A stretch of 64,000 nt of DNA, taken from positions 75,522,673 through 75,586,672 of the forward strand of contig NC_068983.1 of assembly GCF_001194135.2 (NCBI RefSeq). The letters run 5' to 3'. A program made the translations under genes and the position numbers. Positions 50,821 to 63,849 of this stretch are shown here, one piece after another. The notes below the pieces were generated by a model. That model saw nothing but the letters and a program-made list of their open reading frames with translations. It ran no database searches and was not told the DNA's origin. Positions within the stretch are counted from its first letter, which is position 1, and the number at the start of each line of letters is the position of its first letter. The DNA comes from Octopus bimaculoides (taxonomy: Eukaryota).

Positions 50821-51460
50821 TCATGGTAATACCTTCTCAGAGGCTTCTGCAGACCACTCTCTGAGTGGTTGGCGTTAGGAAGGGCCTCCAGCTGTAGAAA
50901 TCTGCCAAATTAGATTGGAGCCTGGTGTTGCCATCCGGTTTCACCAGTCCTCAGTCAAATCGTCCAACCCATGCTAGCATGGAAAGCGGACGTTAAACGA
51001 TGATGATGATAATGATGATATATATATATATATATATATGCACACACACATACATCACACATGTACATACATTCATGCTTAAAGATATACATGTCTCAGA
51101 AGGAATTAATAGCTTCTTTACACTTCTACATCCAAAAATAGCTATGAATGTCTGCACGCTGCCACACACACTTATGTACTACTGTTCTTTGAAAGATGCA
51201 ATATGACACTATCTAAGCAGTCCACACTACACAATCAATTGTTATCCTTTAATGAGAAGTCAGACGAAATAAGGCTAATGAAGAAGTTCCTGAAGATTTG
51301 CAACTTGACACTGCACAAGAACAACCCATCACTGTGTATTTCCTTCTTGGTTCTTTTTATCAGTTTTTAAACATTTTACAGTATGTTTTCTCTCTTTCCT
51401 TCCCTCTATCTCTTTGTTTATATATATATGTGTATATATGTGTGTGTATGTGTGTGTGTG

Positions 51461-51503
<43 letters not shown>

Positions 51504-51527
51504 ATGTGTGTAAATATATATATATAT

Positions 51528-51905
51528 TTTATTCTTTTATTCTTTTACTTGTTTCAGTCATTTGACTGCAGCCATGCTGGAGCACCGCCTTAACGAGTTT
51601 TAGCCGAAGAAATCAACTCCAGGACTTATTCTATCAGTCTCTTTTGCCAAACTGCTAAGTTATGGGATGCAAACACATCAGCATTGATTGTCAAATGATG
51701 GCAGAGGTACAAACACAGACACACACATAAATATATACATAAATAGGACGGGTTTCTTTCAATTTTCGTCTACCAAATTGACTCACAAGGCTTTGGTTGG
51801 CCTGAGGCCTTAGTAGAAGACATTTAACCAAGATGCTATACAGTGGGACTGAACCTGGAACCATGTGGTTGGGAAGCAAGCTTCTTACCACACAGCCATG
51901 CCTAC
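51528..51905 (-). mobile_element. tRNA-derived SINE, family A, full length
   Basis: Reverse complement of the family A consensus. Confidence 0.85.
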
Positions 51906-52168
51906 GCCTATATATATATAACTCAAGCTAACACACACACACACACACACACACATACACAGTCATATAGTAGAAGACTCTTGCTCAGAGTGCCATGCAG
52001 TGAGACTGACCTTAGAACAATGAGGTCAGGAAGCAAACTTCTTGCCTCATGTGATGAACTTCTAATAGTTTCTGTCTTATAATTCCAATCACAATGCAGT
52101 AGTCATTCAAAGTTAGAATGGAAAACATCTGTTCATACATGTGTGTATGGTTATGTGCATACATACAT

Positions 52169-52213
<45 letters not shown>

Positions 52214-54341
52214 TACATACAAACGTATGTATGTACATGCATACATACATACATACATACATAGTTATACATATTAATATTTGTTTTTATGTTCAGTTAT
52301 AAAAAAAATTTTACATTAATCTGATGGGTTTCTCTATAATTTTGTAGAGTACAAATTTATTATTCTTATACAAGAATGTTGTTGACAGTGACTTTGCAGT
52401 TTTGACCAGCTAAGCCATCATCTGATGGCAAAAGACATGGCTGCTGAAGGTTGGGTAAAGGTTCATTGAAATAGTAGGGTAATACATGCACCCACTTGCC
52501 TGTTGTATTATGCATACATCAACCTTTGACCATTGCCCATTCTTTAGCCTTACCACCATTTGTTGTTCTACCTCCCATGACTGTTCAAAAATCTTCCTAT
52601 CTTCTGATTATCTCTTCTACTTATCATACCATGCCAGTCATAATTGAAATGCTATGATGTAAAACAAAGGGTTTTGAAAGGCCTTTCCACTCATTAAGCT
52701 AATTTTATTAACCAACAACTTATTAGTTAATAAACCAACTTGTTTTCCTCATTCCATTTTTCAGGTGGAAGATATATGTGACTGAATAATTTTATGTAAA
52801 TAAATAATTATACAGCAAATCAATAACAAAAGACAAAACAAAATACAAAAAACAGCAAAAGTCCATAGGACACTCATAATCAATGGTTTCAAATTTTGCC
52901 ACAAGGGCAGCAATTTTGAGGAAGGGGATAAGTCAATTACATCAACCCCAGTGTTTTACTGGTACTTAATTCATCAACCCCAAAAGGATGAAAGGCAAAG
53001 TCTAACTTGGTAGAGTTTGAACCCAGAACATAGTGACAGGCGAAATACCACTAAGCATTTCGTCCAGCATGTTAACAATTCTGAATTAGGTTGATGCTCA
53101 AAGTGGAAGAAGATATAAAATGAAAGGTATAGAGTGAATGTTTAATGTTCTGGATGTTGTTCTTCATTGGATGCATGGAGAAAAGTCCAGGAAAGAGGAG
53201 GAAGACAGGAAGAAAAGAAATTAGGAAAGAGAAGAAAGAGCCAGGAAAAAATGCACATGAGTGTTCCAGTGTTCAATCTCTGACTAACTGGAAGTGTTTT
53301 AATTGATTGTGGTTTTTAATGGCAGGAGAGTGCTTACAAGTGTATGCCAGAATGTGTGTCTATGTGTGTGTGTGTGTGAATATATGCGTGTGAGAAATCA
53401 TATGTGAGGGTACATGTGTATACAGTGTCTGCATGTATATATATTTGCATGTGTGCAAGTCGTGTGTGTGTGTGTGTGAATATATGAGTGTGAGCAATCA
53501 AATGTGAAGGTACATGTGTATACAGTGTCTGTATGTATATATATTTGCATGTGTGCAAGTTGTGTGTGTATGTATGCAAGTCGTGTGTGTGTGTTATACC
53601 TTATAAAATTTTAAAGACAGCATATGGACAGTTGGTACTACTTCCATGGATGCCTAGGGATCTGCTGATTTCAGTTTGGGAACTACTGCCTTCAGCCCAA
53701 TCTTTTCTCAGCTAGCTTGACTATCTAGTAGACTGAGGCTGTTGTTACACTGAATAGTAAAGTAGGGAAAAATTTAAAAAAAAACATAAGCTTAGGTTAA
53801 AAATCCTAGATCTGTAATTTAGGGTTGTAACTACACAAAATTAGTGACTATGTTTTGTCTTTACATTGTAAAATTTTAAGTAACCAAGGAATTCAAGTGG
53901 AGGTAATCAACATTCCAAGGTTTACTTAGCTATACAGTTCTCGTCCAAAATTATCAGAAGCTCCTGAAACAAATCTCTAAAACTTGACCCACAATGGTTG
54001 AAGTATTACAATAAATTTTCTTATTGAACAAGTAAAAGAGATCATGTTTAAACAGGTTGGTCTCTAAACATAAGAAGGGAAGAGAGAAAGAGTGAGAGAG
54101 AGAGAGAGAGAGAGAGGGGTGGGAGGGGGAGAGGGAGAATGAGAGAGAAAATGATAGTGTATATGCAGATTAAAGAGAAAGAAAGAGTGTGTGTATGCAT
54201 ATGAAAGAGAGAGTGAGGGGGGAGAAGGAGAAAGAAAGAGAAAATAATAGTGTATATTCAGATTAAAGAGAAAGAAAGAGTGTGAGTATGTATGCATATG
54301 AAAGAGAGAGAGAGAGAGAGAGAATGTGGGGGGTATATAAG

Positions 54342-54373
<32 letters not shown>

Positions 54374-55442
54374 GAGGGGTATATGAATAAGAAAGAGAGA
54401 TAGAATGTGTTTGTATGCGTGTACATGTGTATGAGTGAATAACGAGAAAATGGGTAAGAATACGATAAAGGGATTGTGAGTAGATGAGAGAGATAGAATG
54501 TGGATATGTGTGTATGGGTGAATGAATGTATGTGTTTGTAACAAAGGAAGAGAGACAGGGAGAGAAAGAGTAAAAGAGAAAAAGAATGAGGATGAGATAG
54601 AGAAAGATTTAGTGAGATTACATCTGCAAATAGCTTTCTTGTCTCTATTCTTTTATTGATTGTATTTCTTCCTTTATACTCACCCCACTTCAATAAGCTT
54701 TTTATTTTAGCTGAGGTTAAATTCCTTTCTAACAATGGTTAAAGAGTTTAAGAGTCAAAGGTCAGGATATCTGGAGATAAATTACTAGAATTTCAAGGGA
54801 GTAGTCAGTGACTTACACTGGCAAGAGTCAACTGCCAGTAAAAACTACTTTTGTCATTGTTTCTTAGCTCCAGGTCACTTTATAATCAAAGGTGTTCTAA
54901 CTGTAACCATTCTAGCTTAGCTTAATTTTAAGGCAGTAAGGTATGATTTGAGGGAAATTTAATTTCACTGTTATTTCTACAGATTGAGTAGCTACCATGT
55001 AGAGAGATCTTCTTCATTGGCACTGTAAAAAAGAATTTGACATAGAGAGATCATCTTCATTGGCACTGTAAAAAAGAATTTGACATGGAGACAAAGGTAT
55101 AATGTTCTCCTATCTGGATTGAAATGTATATCTAGATCTCCTATGTACATTTTCACCAATTATGGTTTTGGTCCCCTGCGATGATACAAGTTTCTTTCCT
55201 CAATTCAGATATAATATTTGCTATTTCAGAACTTTTCAGATTAAAATCAGTCTTTTTTGTATTGTTTGTTCTTTTCCTTCTTTCATTTTTATCCTCTCAC
55301 ACCTTTACTTTTCCCCACTTCTTCCACTTTTGATCTGTATCTTGGCAAAAGGAGACGAGCTTACAACAACGACATATTGTTTAAAAATCTTATAGTAAAA
55401 GTCTCTGGAGGTGAAATGTTAATTTTTGGAAACATAAGACAA

Positions 55443-55526
<84 letters not shown>

Positions 55527-56312
55527 GTTACTAAAAAGACTGGTAGAATTGGTTGAGTGGTATACAGAATACCTGTATTTCACATTCTGAGTTCAAATCC
55601 CTCAGAGGTCAGTTATGCTTTTCATTCTCATGGTGTCAATGAAATAAAGTACCACTCATATTGCGTGTGGGGAATCAACCAACTATTTCTTCTCCAAAAT
55701 TTATGCCCTTAAATAATTATCAAAAAATTCAGTACCACCTGATTGGCCCTCATGCCAGTGGCATGTAAAAGCACCCACTGCACTCTCAGAGTGGTTGGCC
55801 TTAGGAAGGGCATCCAGCTGTAGAAACTCTGCCAGATCAGATTGGAGCCTTGTGCAGCCATCTGGTTCACCAGTCTTCAGTCAAATCGTCCAACCCATGC
55901 TAGCATGGAAAGCGGACGTTAAACGAGGATGATGATGATGATTAATGGTGGTGGACTGATAGAATCAGCAGAGTGGACAAAATACTTTGTTCTATTTCAT
56001 TTCTGCCTCTTCATATTTTGAGTTTAAATCCTGCCGAGGTCAACTTTGTTCTATCCAACTAGGATCAATGAAATAGAGAACAAGTTAGGTTCTGAGTTCA
56101 ATTTAATTGACTATATCTCCCTCGATAAAATTTGCAACCTTGTGGCCTATGTTAGAAATCATCATCATCATACTTTGCTAAATATGTAATTCTTTGAAAG
56201 CTTGGGAAAAGGAATGGAAGTAGTACCCTCCCAGTGGAGAGGGACCTGATTGTGGACCTCACTAAACCATTACAAGGTTGCTATTAGCTAATCAGAAAGT
56301 AGTTGGTATACG

Positions 56313-56542
56313 GTGGAGAGCTGGCAGAAATGTTAGCACACTGGGCAAAATGCTTAGCGGTATTTCGTCTGCCGCTACGTTCTGGGTTCAAATTCCGCCG
56401 AGGTCGACTTTACCTTTCATCCTTTCGGGGTCGATTAAATAAGTACCAGTAATGCACTGGAGTCGATATAATCGACTTAATCCCTTTATCTGTCCTTGTT
56501 TGTCCCCTCTGTGTGTAGCCCCTTGTGGGCAGTAAAGAAATA
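56313..56542 (+). mobile_element. tRNA-derived SINE, family B, full length
   Basis: Head gagctggcagaa..gttcaaattcc, central ctttcatcctttcggggtcgat..taagtacc. 19-bp TSD (1 mismatch) at 56294-56312 and 56543-56561. Confidence 0.9.
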
Positions 56543-57099
56543 AGAAAGTAGTTGGCATACGCAAAGGGCTTAGGTAAGGCTATGGTTGAACACTTTATAC
56601 CTTGTATAGATCAAGTTGTCATGAATCTAATCCACTATATATATCTAGTGTTTTAGGTATCCCCATATGACAAAGATCCCCTTATGTCACACTCTCTGAC
56701 CACTTTGATCCTGGGCTTGAAAATATACTTTAGAGTTGGGGAAAAATATCAGTTATTTTAATATTCTAAATATTATTTTAACAAGGTCACAAGCATTGTA
56801 AAGAGGGAGCATAGATGCTTAAATCAACTTCTATACTTGACCCATGTGCTATATTTTATTGGATCTGGAAGGATAAAAAGACAAAACTAATTTGGGTAAC
56901 ACTAGGAACTTAGAAGAAAAAGGATATTAAACAAGTCAATACATTTTCCCTGATTCTACTGCTCTGTCACACTAAGAATCATCATTCTAAGGACAAAGCA
57001 CAGTCTATGAATCTGGTAAGGCATACACCATGTGGATGTTGAATGGAAATTTATAGGTTTCACCATAAAAATCAATGAATATAGAAGTTTGTACTTTAA

Positions 57100-57319
57100 C
57101 CCTGTAGCATTCAGGTTACTCTGTCAAGTGTAATGATTATTCATTCATATTCTTTTGAATTAATCATACACTACCTTATAGCTTTGAGATTTCAACATTA
57201 TGACTGATTATTTTTAGAATGACATTATAAGGTAGGTGAGAGGGGCTGAATCTAGCTGGTTTGAATTTAAAACAGGTAAGATATTTTGGCTGGATATGGT
57301 TGGTTTAAATGCTAAAGGG
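57100..57319. mobile_element. piggyBac-type MITE (degenerate inverted copy at about 20288-20510)
   Basis: TTAA|CCCTGTAGCATT ... AATGCTAAAGGG|TTAA (11/12). Confidence 0.85.
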
Positions 57320-58173
57320 TTAAGGTCTTATAGCAGGAATGCTGTAATAAATAGTGATTTTTTAAGGGCTCTATTAATAGAGTTAGTTTTGTCTGTGGCT
57401 ACTTTAATCAAAAGCTAGGTTGTGATGAGTTTATTCACTGTTTTTTAATATTTACTATTAATATTCCACCACCCATCAGTGTGAATAAGATGCGGTCGAC
57501 CTTGGCCTGCTTAAAAGTACAGCGACTTTGAACAAGAACTGATTCAGACTGTGACAACCCCACTAACCCACACCAGTATATAAAGTGGATATGAATGAAT
57601 GATGATGATGATGAAAAGGAAGACAAGGATGAGAAATGAAGAAGAAGAAGAAGAAGAAGAAGAAGACGAAGAAGAAGAAGAAGAAGAAGAAGAAGAAGAG
57701 GAAAAAGAAGACGAAGAAGAAGGAGGAGGAGGAGGAGGAGGAGGACTGGTAGAATAAAATAGAGTTGCAGGAAAGTGTTTTGATGTAGTTAATGACGTCT
57801 CTTTACATTCCAAGTTCAAATATTGCCGTGGTTGACTTTGTCTTCTTACCCTTCCAGGGTCAATAAAATAAAGTAGCAGTCAAGTAGAGAGGTTGGTTTA
57901 ATCCCCTACACTCCACCTATTTCTACAAAGGTTCATGGCCTTTAGCAAAATTAACATTTCCTCCTCTCTAAAGTCCTTATTACAACACTATTATAGTTGA
58001 ATCCAGCACTAAATTTCAATGAAATACTCAATGAGTGATGTGTTGTTTATTCACCTGTCCTCAACTTTGTTTAGTCTGACCACAACAATTGATTTCTGAA
58101 TTATATTATAGAAAAATCACATATTTGTCACAAAGGGGGTTGCAGTCAATTGAATTAACCTCAATATATAGTC

Positions 58174-58341
58174 GTAGGAGTGGCTGTGTGGTAAGTAGCT
58201 TGCTTACCAACCACATAGTTCCGGGTTCAGTCCCACTGTGTGGAACCTTGGGCAAGTGTCTTCTACTATAGCCTTGGGCCGACCAAAGCCTTGTGAGTGG
58301 ATTTGGTAGGCAGAAACTGTAAGAAGCCCGTCGTATATATG

Positions 58342-58372
<31 letters not shown>

Positions 58373-58567
58373 CTGTGTTTGTCCCCCCCAACATCGCTTG
58401 ACAACTGATGCTGGTGTGTTTACGTCCCCGTAGCTTAGCAGTTCGGCAAAAGAGACCAATAAAATAAGTACTAGGCTTCCAAAGAATAGGTCCTGGGGTC
58501 GATTAGCTTGACTAAAGGTGGTGCTCCAGCATGGCCACAGTCAAATGACTGAAACAAACAAACGAGT
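58174..58567 (+). mobile_element. tRNA-derived SINE, family A, full length
   Basis: Same head, internal microsatellite and tail as 3772-4225. Confidence 0.85.
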
Positions 58568-59420
58568 GAAAATATATTACTGGTACTTATCTGAGCCACA
58601 AGGAAACCTCAACAGATTCACTCACACTGCTAGAAATAGCACCTAAATTTCCCCTAAATCATACACTACAGTCTGAAATAAGAAAAGAAAAGAAAAAAAA
58701 AAGCAGCAGTGAATAATGTAGTTCTAGAGCTATATAAAATAACTTGATGGTTACAGGCAGAAAGCTTTTGGTCATAGATTTACTTGACTGAGGTTAGTCT
58801 ATATTCATCCATCAGAGTGATGGGGATCATCTAGTCATCCTTAGGGGTGGCTGATGACTTTGTTTAAAGTGAAGAAGTATTATGCACTATCAGCTTCACT
58901 CTTTCGTCTGTGGCCATCTTCAATCCACCAGCAAGACCAGGTCAAGACATCTGGGGATGGAGACAGATGCAAGAGATGAACAAGCTGTCTTACTTGCCTC
59001 ATCTTGCTCTCTGCACTCCACAATGTGTTGCTGTAGCCATCTTTCTTTCCGTGGAATCACAAATGTTTCTTCTGCAAAGTCTGCCAGATCCAGTTTTCAC
59101 ACGCAAGCCCCTAACATGCTAATTAACTCATAGCTGGGGCCCGAACAGGTGTTGTTATTTCAGGTCAGAGTAGACCTGGGAACAATAGTTGTTAGGAGGT
59201 GGTTCCACTCCTCAAAATCCTGGCATGCCTGAACCAGGGCACCACTACTGGATCCAGTTTAAAACCATACCCAGGACAATAACAATAGCAACAACAATAG
59301 CTGGTACTTATTTCCATTGACTCAAGATAAATAAAAGGTAAAGTTAAACCTAGTGGAATTTAAACTCAGTTTATAAAAATGACCAAACTAAATGGTATAC
59401 CACATCTATAGTGACATTCT

Positions 59421-59793
59421 GTAGAGGCGCAATGGCCCAGTGGTTAGGGCAGTGGACTCGCGGTTTCGATTCCCAGACCGGGCGTTGTGAGTGTTTATTG
59501 AGCGAAAACACCTAAAGCTCCACAAGGCTCTGGCAGGGGATGGTGGCGAACCCTGCTGTACTCTTCCACCACAACTTTCTCTCATTCTTTCTTCCTGTTT
59601 CTGTTGTACTTGTAATTCAAAGGGTCAGCCTTGTCACACTGTGTCACGCTGAATATCCCCGAGAACTACGTTAAGGGTACACGTGTCTGTGGAGTGCTCA
59701 GCCACTTGCACGTTAATTTCACAAGCAGGCTGTTCCATTGATCGGATCAACTGGAACCCTCGACGTCATAAACAATGGAGTGCCAGCAACAAC
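59421..59793 (+). mobile_element. SINE family C
   Basis: Highly similar to 10343-10725; 11-bp TSD agtgacattct (59410-59420, 59794-59804). Confidence 0.9.
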
Positions 59794-61014
59794 AGTGACA
59801 TTCTACTACAATTCCTAATTTCTAACTTACTAAAAATTCTTATCTGATGCTAGCCAGGAAACACTGCATTGATACTCATATACACATATGAAGACCCCAG
59901 GCCCCACATTCCTTATACTCAATCCTTCCTTCCCAGAACATCAGCCCTCTAGAAGTTCCTTCTTGCTCATGTCTTACATGCAGGTGCTGATTTGCCTTGG
60001 TTCAAAAGGAACATTATCAGGGCTGATCTCACTGTTGTTGGAGGTCCATAGCCACTGTTCCTTCCTCCAGATCCAGCAAATAAAACATAGACACATACAT
60101 GCTCAGACACAAACACACACACACACACATACACCTATGCATATCTAAACTCTTCCTCTTGTATTCTGACAAGCTTGCTATCACATGGGATTCCAGGACA
60201 CAAAATCTATTTTCCTATTGTCTTTTGTTTTATGCAATGTAGAAGTCATCATCATCATCATCAACATCGTTTAACGTTCGCTTTCAATGCTAGCATGGGT
60301 TGGACGATTTGACTGAGGACTGGTCAACCAGAAGGCTGCACCAGGCTCCAATCTGATCTGGCAGAGTTTCTACAGCTGGATGCCCTTCCTAATGCCAACC
60401 ACTCAGAGAGTGTAGTGGGTGCTTTTACATGCCAAAAATATTTCATGTTATGGAACTCTATAAACTCAGAAAAAATGATGGGATGGTGATGGATAGAATA
60501 TTTTTAATCATAGGTTTGCTCAATTAGGGATTAACCAGAGGATAAACAACAGCAACAACAACAAACACTTCATTCTCTTTCCTTCTGAAAAATGCATCCC
60601 TCTGCTCTGGACCACCTTTCCAACCTCCTATCTTCCCCATGGACACCTGCCAACAGAAATCAAAGTCAAACATCAACCTCACCACTCTTACAATGTCAAC
60701 AAAATGACAGAAACTGCCTCTCTTTCTTGCACATCATCATCATCATCATCATAGTTATTGTCATTTAAGATCCCCTTTACAATGCCAGCATGGGTCAGAC
60801 AGAATTTGATGAAGCTGCTTTTCCATGGTTGGATGCCCTCCCTGTTCCCCAAAAAGATAATATTACCCATGGCCATATAGCTTGCTTACCAACCACATGG
60901 TTCCAGGTTCAGTCCCACAGCATGGCACCTTGGGCAAGTGTCTTCTACTATAACCTCAGCCTGACCAAAGCCTTGTGAGTGGATTTTGTAGATGGAAACT
61001 GAAAGAAGCCCGTC

Positions 61015-61064
<50 letters not shown>

Positions 61065-62029
61065 TTGTGTGTCTGTGTTTGTACCCCACAACATCACTTG
61101 ACAAGTGATGCTGGTGTGTTTATGTCCTCGTAACTTAGCGGTTTGGCAAAAGAGACCAATAGGATAAGTACTAGGCTTACAATGAATAAGTTCTGGGATC
61201 GATTTGCTCGACTATAGGTGGTGCTCCAGCATGGCCACAATCAAATAACTGAAACAATTAAAAGAATAGTAGAAAATACTTGCCCAAGGTGCCACACTGT
61301 GGGACTGGACCCAAAATTACATAGTTGGAAATCAAGCATCTTAACCAAGCAGGTTATTTTATTTTAAGTCTTTGAAACTGGTGGGTGAGAGAGGAAGTAA
61401 CTGTTTTATTCTGAGACTGAAGATCTGGGTCTGAATGCTTGTTACAGAATGGTCTTCACTAAAAGTATGCAAGGACCAGACAGTAGTTGTGGTGGTAGGA
61501 ATAAAACTAGAGGATGGATTAAATTGCAAAGTTACCCTGAATTGAAATTACAATGACTTTGGTATTAATGAAAATGTAAATAAGCTGCAGTGGGGGGGGG
61601 GGGAGAGAAAGAGAATCTGGTGTAAGAGGCACAAACAAAAAAGCTTAGTAACCAGATCATCCATCATTAGACATGATAGAACAAGCTGTAGTTTGAAATG
61701 CATGTGTGGAGAGTTAATGATGGAGCTTCCATGGTCACCAATTCTCTCAATAACAACAACTTAATCTCACAAAAATTTCAGCCTACCATGTTAAGGAAAA
61801 AGATGTCGTCGACGTCATCATCATTTAATGTCCATTTTCCATGCTGGCATGGATTGGACAGCTTGACAGGAATGGGTAAAGCCAGGGGTGGCACCAGGTT
61901 CCATAGTCTGTTTTGGCATGATTTCTACAGCTGGATGCCTTATCTAATGCCTACCACTTTACATAGTGTACTGGGTGCTTTTTATGTGGCACCATCACCA
62001 GTTCATTTTAAGCAGTGCCAGCATCAGTG

Positions 62030-62460
62030 CTGGATATCATCATCATCATCATCATCATCATCGTTTAACGTCTGCTTTCCATGCTAGCATGGGTTGGACG
62101 ATTTGACTGAGGACTGGTGAACCAGATGGCTGTACCAGGCTCCAATCTGATTTGGCAGAGTTTCTATGGCTGGATGCCCTTCCTAATGCCAACCACTCCG
62201 AGAGTGTAGTGGGTGCTTTTACGTGCCACCGGCATGAAGGCCAGTCAGGCGGTACTGGTAACGTCCACGCTCAAAATGGTGTATTTTATGTGCCACCTCC
62301 ACAGGAGCCAGTCCAGGGGCACTGGCAACGATCTCGCTCGAATGTCTTTACACGTGCCACTGGCACAAGTGCTAGGAAGGCAACGCTGGGCACAGGTGCC
62401 ATCACGATTTCGCTTTCGCTTGCCCCAACAGGTCTTCACAAGCCGAGTTTCGTGTCCAAT
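62030..62460 (-). mobile_element. RTE LINE 3' UTR copy; a second tail lies adjacent at about 61805-62030
   Basis: Same tail consensus plus three array units. Confidence 0.85.
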
Positions 62461-62656
62461 GTATATAAAAAAAAAAAGACAGGATGAATATAGCTGAAAT
62501 TACTTTTGATCATAGGTCTGGTTGGTAAGAGTTGGCCTGGAGCAAAATACCAGCAACAAGAATCACAAGGAAAATGACTGAAATGGTAAAGTACTGGCAT
62601 AAATGTCCTTGTAACACTTAGTTATGTCCCTTTATTACTCTGCCTTTTGTCATTCT

Positions 62657-63088
62657 TTTCTACTCTAGGCACAAGGCCCAAAATTTTGGGGGAGGGGGCC
62701 AGTCGATTAGATTGACCTCAGTACGCAACTGGTATTTAATCTATCGACCCTGAAAGGATGAAAGGCAAAGTTGACCTCGGTGGAATTTGAACTCAGAATG
62801 TAAAGACAGATGAAGTACTGCTAAGCATTTCACCCGGCATGCTAACGTTTCTGCCAGCTTGCTACCTTAAATATAATAGTAGCCATATATTCTTTTCTAC
62901 TCTAGACAGAAGGCCCAAAATTTTTGGGGCAGGGGTCAGTTGATTAGATTGACCCCAGTACATAACTGATACTTAATTCATCAACCTCGAAAGGATGAAA
63001 GGCAAAGTTTACCTCGGTGGAATTTGAACTCAGAACACTGCTAAGTATTTCACCTGGCGTGCTAATGTTTCTGCCAGCTTGCTACCTT
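62657..63088 (-). mobile_element. Head-to-tail dimer of family B SINE
   Basis: Two units (62657-62867, 62891-63088) bracketed by the 16-bp direct repeat tgccttttgtcattct (62641-62656, 63089-63104). Confidence 0.8.
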
Positions 63089-63149
63089 TGCCTTTTGTCA
63101 TTCTGGGCATAAAATAAATACCTACCCACATTATATAAAAATTAGTTAA

Positions 63150-63368
63150 CCAATTTGCTACCATATTTCTGTTGAGATGCTCTGTGTTTCTTTCAATTAA
63201 TTCAAAATATAAAGAATTTAGTAAAATGATTTAGTTATCATTAAGCTAGTGTTAGGAACATAAATTGTGACTAAGGTTTGGTGGAAGATTTTAATTCAGA
63301 ACTTTTGAAAACAAGACATTTGCACTACAGAGCCAGAGACGGTTTCAGCTGGGTTGGTATCAAAAGGA
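63150..63368. mobile_element. piggyBac-type MITE, copy 1 of an adjacent pair
   Basis: TTAA on both sides, degenerate CC..GG TIRs, interior similar to 63410-63635. Confidence 0.7.
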
Positions 63369-63409
63369 TTAAAGTCTGTTTCAAGTTGATACATCCGTTA
63401 TGCATTTAA

Positions 63410-63635
63410 CCCTTTTGTTACTGTATTTATTTTGAAATACTCTGTGTTTCTTTCAGTTATTTTAAATATAACAAAGAATTTAGTAAAATAACTTTGTTAT
63501 CATAAAGTTAACACTGTAAGGAACATAAATTGTGACTAAGGTTTGGAAGAAGATTTTAATTTAAAACTTATGAAATTATGAAAACAAGACATTTGTACTA
63601 CAGAGCCAGTTTCAGCTGGGTTGGTAATGAAAGGG
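63410..63635. mobile_element. piggyBac-type MITE, copy 2
   Basis: TTAA|CCCTTTTGTTAC ... GTAATGAAAGGG|TTAA. Confidence 0.8.
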
Positions 63636-63849
63636 TTAAGCAATTTGAGAGTACAAGACTTCTTTTCTGAACAGGACACCAATCTGCTGAAGAGATGAAT
63701 CCCTACTCCCAGCTATAGCTAGAACTCATTTTCAGCTGAAGTAATGCGAAATGAAGTGCCTTACTGCCCAGCCTCAGAATGGAACTCATGAAATCAACGA
63801 CCAAACCACTGTGCCACATACCTTCAAATTAGTTATATAGTGTGGTTAA

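Larger units (their letters stand above)
3018..59390. repeat. Further family B SINE copies, approximate: 3018-3233(-), 10925-11105(-), 13995-14160(+), 16452-16662(+), 17380-17586(+), 22880-22990(-), 47320-47450(-), 52880-53083(-), 55545-55710(+), 55945-56160(+), 57800-57900(+), 59290-59390(-)
   Basis: Shared head and central domain, variable tails. Confidence 0.8.
15150..61265. repeat. Further family A SINE copies, approximate: 15150-15760(-, split), 18640-18830(+, 3' half), 25762-26129(+), 29860-30272(+), 35655-35885(-), 35949-36110(+), 37300-37505(+), 37600-37732(-), 60877-61265(+)
   Basis: Visible similarity to the family A head (ggcaccttgggcaagtgtcttctactatagcc) or tail (ggtgctccagcatggc..gactgaaac). 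Confidence 0.8.
8883..62030. repeat. Dispersed short RTE-type 3' tails, approximate: 8883-9310(-), 11340-11660(-), 13755-13985(+), 14590-14820(-), 24300-24425(+), 26130-26460(-), 26700-27170(-), 30650-30685(-), 31320-31545(+), 36953-37280(+), 38350-38670(-), 40560-41065(+), 41620-41939(+), 44715-45003(-), 46265-46440(-), 50850-51015(+), 55735-55942(+), 60245-60435(-), 60730-60845(-), 61805-62030(-)
   Basis: Shared core ggttggcgttaggaagggcatccagc...ccaacccatgctagcatggaaagcggacgttaaa(cgat)(gat)n. Linked to RT-coding sequence at 22080 and 33690. Confidence 0.85.

Noticed and set aside
54999-55087. 43-bp tandem duplication (also a 16-bp triplication at 13860-13915 and a duplication of about 119 bp at 53340-53600)
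   Set aside because: Ordinary slippage duplications with no further structure.
58900-59110. Minus-strand frame KLDLADFAEETFVIPRKERW.. with an internal gtaag
   Set aside because: In-frame stop immediately upstream with no acceptor; probably an old repeat fragment.
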